A model generated the notes under the pieces. That model saw only the letters and a list, made by a program, of their open reading frames with translations, was not told the DNA's origin and made no database searches. DNA of 64,000 bases from Zygnema circumcarinatum SAG 698-1b. Its lineage: Eukaryota > Plantae > Zygnematophyceae. The stretch lies in contig CM074809.1 in assembly GCA_037447605.1 (NCBI GenBank), positions 4,020,689 through 4,084,688 on the forward strand, given 5' to 3'. The translations under genes were made by a program, and so were the position numbers. This document shows, one piece after another, positions 1-11,300 of the stretch (the stretch's first letter is position 1; every line of letters begins with the position of its first letter).

Positions 1-413
1 TTGGGGGCACGGCCCCGGCCCATTTCGTGCCCCGGGGCACGTGACCACAAGGGGAGCATGGCCGGGGCACATGCCCCTTCTCGTGCCCGTGACGTGACCA
101 CATAGAACAGTTAAAATCGGGCCAATTACAGTACGGAGGAACATGCGAGAAGTATGAATGGTACGGAGAAATTTACGGAAGGTGCAAATGGTACGAACAG
201 TACGGAGTGTTTGCCTCCACATGTGAGTTCCGTGTCAGCAGTCACTGTCCCGGCCCTGGCCATGACGTGACATGGTAAGCTGACGTAGGGGGCACGGTGG
301 AGGGCCACGGATTTCCTTGTTTTTCGTGTCCCGGGCACGGCTGATCGCGTGCCCCGGGCATGACCATCCCCCCCCCTCCCCCCCAGGGCAATGCCCGTGC
401 CCCCGTGCCTCTA
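1..413. mobile_element. Probable right end of a non-autonomous hAT-like element, truncated by the window edge
   Basis: The segment is dense in GGGCAC/GTGCCC and CGTGAC motifs in both orientations, including the perfect palindrome GTGCCCCGGGGCAC at 27-40. It ends in CCCGTGCCCCCGTGCCTCTA (394-413), whose reverse complement TAGAGGCACGGGGGCACGGG looks like a hAT TIR. The partner TIR and TSD are not visible. Confidence 0.4.
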
Positions 414-1529
414 CCCCAGCGCTGGCGCTTTGTAGGGGCGTATATAGCCATACAAAGGGCAAGCCGCACGCGCGACGCTGCGATCTGCGGGATTTGTGGA
501 TCGACCGAACGGCTGAGATGCACAGGACTGGTTGATCGATGAGAAATGCACACGTCGAGGGCGCGATCTCCACATCATTCAGGGAGCTTGATCGGACGGT
601 GGATGCGGCCCGCCTGTACTACACAAGTTTTTCAGTTTTCAGTGACGTCATTTAACATGAACTGCAGATTCATACTGCATGTAGTAAGGCTGGATACCAA
701 TGGAATCTTGACCAGCACAACCGGTTACATTACAGAAGAATCGGACCACAGTTGACCGCCTTGTGGCCCCAAGCCGTACATCGACATGGCGTCATCCGTG
801 ATTCCAGGTACCGTACGGCCCCGGCGAGTGGCCGACGCGGCTCACGGGATCCCGCCGCCTGGCGGAGGCTGCCCGGAACCACGGCCAACTGGGCGTACGG
901 CTTCGTCTGCTTCTCCTTTGACTCTATCCTCTGCCCTACGCTCAGCATCGTACGGCTCTCTACAAGAATTTGTCTTTATATACGTGGAGACACAGTATCA
1001 ACATGGCGGATGTGAAGCGCACCGACATCTGTCCTGCCACGTGGCGCAAAAGTGAGACCGCGAACGTAGCCCGTTGCCACGTGGACGCGGTCTTGGACGC
1101 TGCCGGCCCCACCGACTCGCGGGCTCAAGCGCTCGAGGTCCAAAATGTTTGGACGGTTCAAATATTTGGGAGGGAGCGGCGCAGCCAGAAGCGCAGCAAA
1201 TGGGGGAAGAGGCGCAGCAGATGTTTGGAATCTGCTGCCGCTCCTGCCAGGGCCAGGGAGGGAACTTGCTGCTGCAACGTTTGAAAGCGTGCAGGCTTCA
1301 AATGCTCGTGTAATTTCAGATTCTAATTTGAATTTCTGCGCAAAATGTGGTTCTTTCTCATCACTCTGTTCAGAAGCTGACTGCCTTTCCCGCCCTGGAT
1401 ATTCGTCCAACCGCAGTCTGGCTGCTGCGTTTTTCATCTGAGCACATTTGCTCGCCACAAACGTCTTGAAGTCTCGGTTGAGGACTTCTGACTGTTATTG
1501 GTGGCGAAAATTCGTTTTCTGCATACTCC

Positions 1530-4500
1530 ATGGCTGTCACTCCACCGCCGCTTTGCAGCGGTGCAAGCAGAATTCCGAGTTCCTTTCTGTTGCTGCTGTT
1601 CCCACTGACTACACTTCTTGTTCCGATATATGCTGGAGGAGCGCACGATTCAGCTGTAAATCAAGCGGAGGCTTTTGTTTCGAGGAGCACTTCTAAGCAT
1701 CCTGACCTTATCACCAATCTTCCAGGGCAGCCGAAGGCATCTTTCGATCAGTTTGCGGGATATGTAAATGTTGATGCAAAAAGTGGAAAATTCTTCTTCT
1801 ACTGGCTGGTGGAAGCAAGTCGTTCTGCAGCCAGCAAGCCGCTGGTTTTGTGGCTCAATGGAGGTCAGTAATTATTTCGAGGAAATATTTATGTAGTAGT
1901 GGTCTCTATATGTCACTTTGTTTAGGTGAAAGCCTGAAACTTAGAGCGCCGTCAACATTACCTGACTTTGGTCGTATCGTAGTTGTCAGCTGCATTTGAG
2001 TGCGTATTTAAGAAAATAAACTATGGCTGTGTTCAAACTAGAGATTGATGGATATCAAAGAGTCTGCCTATTGTTAATGATTCGTTTCCAAATCTATGGG
2101 ATCTTTTGGTGTTGGTGTCTTACGGTTTAAGCGGACCCTGTGTCTGGTTTCTTGGCAAGTTGTTATGAACTGCAGAAATGGCAGATAAGAGATGTCTTCA
2201 ATGAAGCTGGGATCTCTTCACTTAGAAAGTCCAAACTCTCTCTTCTTCCGCGAATGCACTGGTGATCAACTTTTAGTTTCAGTCTTGGAAACATGCAGAC
2301 ATGCTGGTCATGCATGTAGAGAAACGGTGTGCAATAAAGCTATCTTTTCAGTATACTAGGAATGTTGTACATAGCATCTCATACAGGTCTTGCAGCATCA
2401 CCAACGGAATCTCATCTTTGCCAGCTTTAAGCGGCTTGAATTGTCGAGTGACTTAAAGCAGCGTTCCATCTCTACTATTATTTTCTGCAGAAATCCTTCC
2501 ATTTCAGCCTCCCCCACTTGCTTCCACTGCGCAAACAAAAACGCCTTCATTTATCGTTTTTCAAATCTGCACTGCCACTTCCTCAAGCATAGGTGATTGT
2601 CCTTGCTTGTAATCTGATAGCTGATTTTGAACATGATACAGGTCCTGGGTGCTCCTCGATTGGCGGAGGACTACTTACCGAGTATGGACTATACCCCTGA
2701 AACAAATTCGTGCTGTACATTACTTCAATACTCGAGATGAATAAAATACTAACGTGCCAAGAACTAGTCAAAGCTTACATTATCAGATGGCTAGCTGCTG
2801 GTGTTTTAGTGGGTTTCAGGCATGGCCCCATTTCCCATTAACGTTGTACGGTCTCTAGTGCCGTACAACACTCCCCTTCTTGGGGCCTAGGCTTTGAATG
2901 CACCCAATCCAAGCAGAGAATTATTCCGCCACATGATTGGTCCATGCCACATTTTTTATAAGTCTGACACGCCCTATTAGGGGGGATTTCAGGCATGGAC
3001 CCTGGAGAGTCTCCGGACCTGAGAACAGCACTCTCGAACATAATCCTTACAGTTGGAACACAGGTAGGTACCTGTTCTTTGTTTCCGTTGTGTGTGACTA
3101 CGGTGCTTTACTCTGTTTTTCAGATTGCCTGATTGTCTGTGGCATCCGCGATTTTCGGCAGACTAGCGATTCCCTCTGTAGTGAGCAGTAATTTCCACAC
3201 TTTGCCAACTCCGCCAACATAAAGTGGTGGTATCAGAATCGAAAATTTCATTACTTCCTGCCACAGCTCTGCTGTATTTGTCTCAAGCACCATTGTTTGA
3301 TGACGCTGACTCTGAAAATGACCGAGCTGCAGATCCCCTAATTCTACTTGTGTATGAATGATGTGACTACCAGAGGCTAACATTATTTATGCCGAGACAC
3401 CTGTTGGAGTTGGCTTCTCGTATAGCGAATCTAATGTTAACTACTATGGTGTTACCGATGAAGAAATGGGTATGTTGTACTTTACCACAATCCATTCCAA
3501 CGTGGTTTGAGTCTGCAGTAGTTGAATTCCGACCACTGAAGCTACATGCATCAGGTGATCGTCCTTGTGGATAGCAAGGAAAGCTTGCAAAAGGAACAAT
3601 ACGGAGATATCAGACTCAAAACAGGAATCGCTGATTGAACGCTATTAAATTTAAGGTACAGTTGGAAATAGGCAAGCTTCGCGTCTTTTTTGTTGGCATG
3701 ATTATCCAGAATGACTGGCGCTTATATTTTGTTTCTGAGAACATTGCAGCAATCGATCATTATTCCTTTGTGCAAGGATTTCTTCAGAAACATCCACGAT
3801 TTATTGGAAGAACATTCTATATTGCTGGAGAGAGCTATGCTGGTATTACCTTAAAGCCACTTTCCATGTTGGTATGGGAGAAAGAAATATATGCATAGAC
3901 TTTACGTCTACACATACATAACCTTTGTTAAAATAGACAAGGGAGTCAAGATTTTCCCTTGTCTTGAAGAAACTTTCTGATGTACGGTCTGGAAACCACG
4001 CATGTGCTTGACACTGCCTACAAAAGGCGTATCTAGATTGAGCCATTTGCTAACTTATTCGTTTACTTCTTCTGTTTGTAAAATTAACAAAATATAAAAT
4101 ACAGGGCACTACGTTCCTCAGCTAGCTCAGAAAATAATTTGGGAGAATAGTCAGAAAATCAATGTTCGAATACCCCTTAAAGGATTTCTTGTTGGGAACG
4201 CTGTGACGGACATCAAGGAAGACGTCCTTCGAGGCCCCTTTATCATGTGAGTCCTTTGTGTTCAATCCTTTTCTTTGATGGAGAGGTTTTTCTGCAACCT
4301 GCTGTGAATTGGACTGGCTATGTTGATGTGCTGAGCTGTTCGGCCAAACCCTAAAACTGCCAACCGTAAGCACCCTGACAACCTGCCTGGAAGCATATAC
4401 ATGATCTAAGTGCTCTCTGCCTGCAGGTACTACGATCATGGTATGATCTCCGCCAATACATATGAAACAATTTTCTCTCAGGTACAAATCCAGCACAGTG

Positions 4501-6829
4501 CAAAAGTATCGACTATTCTCGATTCTGAGGCTTGTTATCGAGCGTACGTCTATCTTGAATGTGAAGTACTCTTGCAGTTCTGCACTGTTTCTGTTCTTGG
4601 CTCTTCACTAATCTAGATACCCAGCTAGTCTTAGCAAAGTGATGTTAAAGGCATCGCCATACGACAGTCTTGCTCTGCCACAGTTCCACCGAACTTCTTT
4701 GTCTTTAGGATAGGTGAAACAAGTTCACGACACTGAATTCAGACTCTTGGTGAGTGATGCATTTCCGGAATGAGCTTTTTTGCAGTGCGAATTTACATAT
4801 GATATGTACAGTCCTGACAATGACTACATTCCACGCGGAAATGTTTTTTGTGACAATGCAATTGCGGATGCTGCAACAGAAATCGTGAGCGTTATACAAA
4901 TCCTGACTTCCTTCAATTTTTAATTTTCCTGACACCCGTTCAGTTGCTAAAATTCTACTATGTCAGGCAAGGGCAAATTGCCTTGGTTCAGAGTATCGTT
5001 GTATTTTGAGAGCAAAACAATCCGTATTAATCTGCTCATTCTGTGGTTGGTTTTGCTGGCGGTTGTTGGACTTTCTTTGGAGACGGGTCTTCGAACAGGG
5101 AAATATTGATCCTTATGGTGAGTGTCGTGCCACATAATAGCAGAAGATGTGACAAACTTTGTGCTAATAAGAACTTGGGTTTTTTCTTTTATCTCAAACT
5201 GTGGGGCTGATCGCTTTGGTGTAGATATTTATGCAAATGTGTGTGTATTTTCACGCGCAAAGAGTATGGACAAAACCAACTTTCCTAAGACACTTCCAAC
5301 TCTACAAGCCCTTGTAAGTCAGTCGTACGCCGCTACATTCCTTTCACATATATGCAGGCTGAATTGCGCTCTTTGATATCTGAAGATCTATATCTATCTC
5401 CATAAGTTAGAGTGAGATATTACTGAAGTTCTGATCAGTGTCACATTTGGACCTACATCAAGAGCTGTGATTAAATGGTTCGGTCTGAATATTAATACAC
5501 CATAACATGCACTCTCTGTCCTGTTTGTGCATGTCTCTACTTCGATGGCTGCTCATTCAGAAACCCAAAGCGGCTGCACAATATTCTGCTGCAATGCAAA
5601 TGAACTCAAGCATGCAGAACAGAGCTGCGTCAGATCCAGTATGCATAGACGACTGGACTTGGGGGTACCTCAATAGGGATGACGTGAGAACGGCATTGCA
5701 TGTCGACAAGAATTTGAAACGTTCGTGGGAGTTATGCAGGTGAGATTTGAGCCATTTTTGCAAAAAAGCATGAACAGTTGCGATTCGTCACACGAAGTCG
5801 AACCTGTCTACGAGATCGTTCTGATGCGTATTGAGTAATCAGATGTTGTCGGAATGAAACAATGCAGACGACCAAACTAACTAAGGGATTTTGTGAGTTT
5901 CTGCTTGCAGCGATTTCACCACATATGATTATAAAGTTTCCTTTCCTCAATCGATCGTACCGTACTACAAGCGATTCATCAAGAAGCATCCTTGGCTGCG
6001 GATCTGGGTGTACAGGTGAGTCGTTTTCCTGTGTTGTTGAACTCAAAAGAAGCCAAATTTAAGCAGTTGGCAAGGTTCTTAAAACTTTTCTTATCAAATT
6101 CAACTTTTTCAAAACACACATGTAGACATGGCTATTCTCCAAAGGCTCCTGGGTTTGTTAGAGTATCCCTCTCAAGTTGTATATTCCTCTTCTATCTCCC
6201 TCATTAGGCCGGCTTTTTGTAGGATCGCTTTGAGAATACAGCAACTAAGGGGTATTGCCGTTATTTGCATACGTTAGGGGAAAAAATTCTCTGTCTTCAT
6301 AGCAAATAACTAGAGCGAACTTTCCTATGTTTCAGTGGCGATACGGACTCTGTCGTTCCGTTCGTTGGAACACTGAACTGGATCGCATCGATGAAGCTAC
6401 CCATTATCCGGCCATACTATGCGTGGTACGACACTGACTTTCAGGTGCGTTTCTCAGTCCTTTAACCCCCGTTGTGCTAAGGTGAACACTTAGGCAGCTT
6501 TCTCTTTGTCTGAAACGAAAGTGATCAATCATCAGTTGGCACTCTACTTTCAGTGCTTCGTGTCAATAAATGGTCGTCTATAGTAAGTCTGAAGTTCCAA
6601 GAAACTTCTTGTCCTTTCCTCCATCCCTTCCTGTACTTCCCTTCCCTTCCCTAAATATCATGCTTTTACGCAGGTCGGAGGCTATTCGGAAATTTACAAA
6701 GGACTCACATTTGCGACTGTCCGTGGAGCGGGTCACATGGTCCCTCTCAGACAGCCCAAACGTGCTCTCACGCTGTTCCGATCCTTCCTTGCAAACGAAG
6801 CCCTAAATCGATTCGACTACGACTACTAA
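1530..6829 (+). CDS. Serine carboxypeptidase-like protein, clade II (SCPL copy 1), 14 exons, about 528 aa
   Basis: Exons 1530-1863, 2642-2681, 2993-3063, 3374-3469, 3750-3842, 4105-4246, 4427-4481, 4786-4884, 5099-5117, 5225-5313, 5561-5739, 5911-6015, 6336-6444 and 6674-6829 are all GT-AG and phase-consistent (1587 nt). Motifs: [32 protein letters not shown] (catalytic Ser), [10 protein letters not shown] (Asp), VRGAGHMVP (His). The N-terminus is hydrophobic. Confidence 0.95.
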
Positions 6830-7199
6830 GTAGTAGAGCGGCTCAACATTCTATGGACAGATCAATTGTCGTTTGGATGAAGTTAAAAATCCCATAAGGT
6901 TATCCATCAGCAAGTTATCATAAGATTATTGCTACGACTGAATGCGGCATTTTGGTAAGCGGAGAGACAAGAAGGGAGAGAGTGGGCTCACCGTCAGTGT
7001 GAGAGTGTGACAGTGACGATAAAAGACTTTTGGGGTCGGGGGGTTCAGTTTGCAGTTCGACAGGCAGGGCAGACATTCCAGAGGGAGGAGATGGACAATT
7101 TTGTGAGGGTTCAGGGCGTCAGGCGGAGGGGCATAAACTCGATAAGTAGACCATTTGCTGGGTTCCGATGAAATAATGCAATTTTGTTTATTGAGTTCC

Positions 7200-7625
7200 C
7201 TCCCTTCTCTTCTTCCCCCCCCACCCCCCCCCTTCACACCCTGCCTCCCTCCCTCCCTCCCTTCCCTGCCCTCCTCTTGGGGAGAAATAATACATGGAGG
7301 AATGAGAAGGGGGCGGGAGAGGCGTATGTGAGGATGGAGGGAGGGAGGGGGGGTCCCTCCCTCTTCCTCCCCCTCCTCTCACTCTTTCCCTCCCTTTCTT
7401 TCACCCCGCCCTCTCTCCCCCTCTCCCTTCCCCTTGTCCCTCTTTTCCTCCTCCCCCGAGCCCCGCCCCTCGCCATTCCTCCGTCCCCTGCCCTCCCTCC
7501 CTCCCTCTCTCACCCCCGACCCTCCCTCTCTCCCCCCCGCCACCCCTCCCACCGCCTCGCCCCCTTCCTACCTCCCTCCCTCTCCTCACGCCCCATCCTC
7601 CCTCCCCCCTCCCGCACTCCCTCCG
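7200..7625. repeat. Pyrimidine-rich (CCCT/CT)n low-complexity tract between the converging SCPL 3' ends
   Basis: Near-continuous C/T runs are read directly from the sequence. The overlapping Pro- or Gly/Arg-rich ORFs are by-products of the repeat. Confidence 0.85.
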
Positions 7626-8330
7626 AATAAGGAAATGTCAAAATTGCGTAGTCGAGATTCAAATGAATGCTCCTTCATAAAAATATCCATTTTGGTCGCC
7701 TAAAGCAAAAACTATACAGATGAGCTAAGAAACTAAGCTCATTGTTTCGCCCCAAAGCATAAAAAGAAAAAAAACTGAGCATCTATAAGGAGAGCACTAT
7801 TTTATCGTAAACTCATTCCGGAGAAAGAAGCAACTAAACTAAATAAATAACAATCTCTCATCTCCGTCCCTAAACTTCCTTGTCTAGTTCTGACTAAATC
7901 AAGTGAAACTTCTATACCTCCTTTTAGGATTCCAAAAAACCCGCCGATCGGTCCCACACCACCATCCCATCAAGTGCTCACCTTGGAAAGCATACTGTGA
8001 TGTGACGCTATTGGTCCAAAAGTCTACTGCCGCTACTCCTGCGCTTGCTTCATTTTCGTCCAGTTGGCAATTGAAAAAAAAATGCATCTGACGGGCAGCA
8101 AGCCTCGATAAATTAGGAAAAAATAACAAAACTAACCTGAAAACCAAAAGAAAAACTTAACGAGTAAAGACCTAGACACTCGTCGTTTCCCAAAGACTTG
8201 AACAAGACATCTCGTTCCAGCACTACACTCTAACGTTTACAGGGTATGGACCCCTTCACATGAAAAGCAAACATCTCCATTCTATTCAGGATTTTGCGAA
8301 TATGGACAGCTTCCCGCTCTCTCCGCTCCA

Positions 8331-11300
8331 TCACGCCTCCAACTCCGTGGAGCTGAAGTCCGGCAGCAGCTCGTTCTTGAGGAAGTGGCGGAACATAGTG
8401 AGCGCCCTCTGAGGCTGCCCCAGCGGAACGAGGTGCCCCGCCCCCCTTACGGTCGCAAACGTGAGGCCGCTGTACACCTCCGCGTAACCGCCCACCTGCA
8501 GAGGACCCAGAGGTGATCCGTCGTTTCGTTCAAGGAAATAGAAAGAAAAGATTTCCTTAAAGGAAAGGTGGGATACAGGAAGAAGATCATTTTCAAGGGC
8601 TACACTGCATGTGATTGTTTTGTATACAATACGGGCCTCGTGCCTCTTGCTCCTCCTAGTCTGTATCTCTATTTCCCTTTCATCAGCCCTCCTTTCTCCC
8701 CCCCCCCCTTCCTCTCCTCCTCCGTTCACATTTCTGTAAAGATCCTCGATGCCCATAAGTTCGTAATCAGAACAGGTGATTCATCTTTCCTTCGCGTGCT
8801 GGTTAGGGTGGCAATGAAATGAGAGCCAATGGCAGGCTCACCTGGTCCTTGTTGTACCACGCATAGTACGGAATAACGACGTCCATGCTGATTGTGGATA
8901 ACCATTTCCGTGTTCCTACAAAGGGAACCACGGTGTCGCAATCGCCACTGCAAGGACAAGGAGGAAGGGGAGCAGTAATTTCAATGAGCGTTTGTGAAAA
9001 GTGAAGCCACAACATAGCTCAAAGGCTAAAATATAAGTGCTCTGTCAGCTAGTCTTGCGCTTCATTTTTTCGTTTTCATTTGTGCACACACTACCGCTTT
9101 CCATTCCAGCTAGCACTTTCAGCAATAAACATGTTCGCATTTCAACATTTGACAAGTTTCTGTGCGCCTATGTGAGATTGACAATGTAAGCACAATGTGA
9201 ATGTTTCCTCCCATTAGATAAGGATTCGGGGCTTCAAGGTAGAGGTGAAGGAGGGGCGAAACTTCACCTGTACACAAGGATCTGCAGATCCGGATAATTC
9301 GTGATGAAATCGTTGTATATCGGTACGATAGATTGTGGGAACGAGTATAGATAATCGTAATTCAAAATTTCGCTGCACATGGAGGTCATAAAAAGAACAA
9401 AACTTAGAGTAGTGCTTAGTGCAGTACTTTCTTCTCCTAGGAATTGAAACAAAGAAAGCTGCAAGCTGAAAAAATTTATCAAGAATGGAGGGAATACAGG
9501 TGATCAAACTGAAGGATGGAGGAGGGAAGGAGAGTGGGGGAGTGGGATGGACAGTGGGAGGAAGGCAAGGATCGGAGGAGGGAGGAAGGGATGGAGGAAG
9601 AGAGGGAGGGAGGGAGGGAGGGAGGGAGGGAGGGAGGGAGGGAGAGGGGAAGATAGAGGAGGAAGAAAAGCAAAAGGGAAAGACAAAAGAGAGCACTTTC
9701 TATACACAAGTTCATCGTAAGCCAAGGTTTCCAAATGTGCACCTGCAATCCATCCAAGCCACGGGAAGGTTCTTTGCGTGAAGAGCAAGTTTCACATCTT
9801 CCCGGTTGAGGTAAGTCTGCGTCCAGACGTCGAGGCAGGCGGGGTTTGCGAGAGAGTATGGTGTGAAGGCAGGCCCTGTGCCAAGAGGAAGCTTCGCTGT
9901 CGCAAAGTTCCTTATCTGGTTCTGCAAGAGGAAGTACAGGAGAAGAAAGTGCAAAATGAGCTGGAAGTAGTGCGGGATCAAAGGTTGCATTACAAGTAAG
10001 TATCTGCAACAAGCAGGCGAGATTTCTCTCGGGTTTGCAAAGGTGAGACCTCTGAGGGAGGATCGTAAAAACAAAAAAAGTCATGTGCAGCATGAGAAAG
10101 GCAAAAGGACTTACCAGGATGCGTAGACCGGGCAAATATTTGTGTAGGTTGGTTTTTTGCTTCGTCGCCCCCAGATATGTGCAGGAATCAGAATAGATAT
10201 CTGCTCAAAACACGTAGGAAAATGAAAAGTCAGCTCCACCTTTCTTGCATCAACAAGTTCTGGATATTCAATCCTAGTTTTAAGGATAGGGCATCTGTAT
10301 GGGCAAAGAGAAGAGCGATTTAGAAAAGTCTTCTGCGATTTGGAGACCTTTGTATTTCAGCGTCTTGATCTTACCGTATGGATCAATATCTCCCTGATGT
10401 GAAGGTCGAGATTTTGATGACGATATTCCGCAGCGACGGAGATGCAAGCCATTTGCAAACAAACGTCACAAAAGTGCAGAAAATCAAAGTTCTGTTTGCA
10501 TGTGTATCATGCCCAATCATTACAGAAAAAGCTACATGCAATGACAGTATGAGCGTCTAAGCAGAGGAAATGATGTGGAGCGCCCAAGAAACTCATCGCT
10601 GTCCGCCCTCACAAGGACAATTACGCCACGGAGTCGCTTTCTTAAGCCGACCAATCGTTTGTTTACTTTCAAAATCACAGGAAAAAGGATGATGTTGTAG
10701 GAAGAAGGCCTCACAATTCCGAGATATGCCTCCCACATTGCCTTGTTGCAGGTTGCGTTGTCAGCCGGAATGCCGAAAATGGAATAATAGTCCCATGTGA
10801 AGTTGCACTGAGAAAACAGAATCCAGTCATCGTTTATTTTTCATGCCATTTGTCGTGCACTCACTCAAACACAAACATAAGCACAAGATCTGAACCGAAC
10901 AGCGCCTACGCGGATCGGATTCATATCTCCCACTTGCGCTCTCGCATCCCTCAATTGATACATGAAGCCAACTGACAACTTTGCAGCTGTCCAAACTGTC
11001 GCTTACGTTATGCTCTAATGTCTCCCACGTGTAGCTGGACATGAGAGCGTGATCAAAGTAGCTGCAAGATATCACCGATCATACAATTGAGTTAGAAAAT
11101 GGTAAACCGTCCCCACAGAATTAGTTAAGTTCTAAGGTCAGAGGTCGACTAAGTGTCTCAGAAACGGAGAGGCACAGTCGATTAACAGAGTGATGATTAT
11201 TGACAGACCTGAGCAGAGGCCCCCTCAGAACATCGTCTGTAACTTCTGTCAAGCCGTTGCCAACTGCAATGCCTTTCAGAGGAATGTATATGTTGCTGTC

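Noticed and set aside
2682-2700. Apparent in-frame stop (..TEYGLYP*) suggesting SCPL1 is a pseudogene
   Set aside because: The exon ends at ACC GA|GTATGG (2681), exactly as in SCPL2 (ACA GA|GTAAAT), so the TGA is intronic.
7184-7703. Pro/Ser/Leu- or Gly/Arg/Glu-rich ORFs here and at 9214-9788, 11726-12040, 27087-27611, 30288-31291 and 44439-44637
   Set aside because: They are translations of (CT)n, (CCCT)n or (GAG)n tracts, or antisense shadows, lying in introns or intergenic DNA.
6932-8147. Minus-strand ORFs and GTGAGC donor-like sites between the SCPL genes as a hidden gene
   Set aside because: No recognisable protein, no consistent acceptor/phase chain, and much of it is low-complexity or probable 3' UTR.
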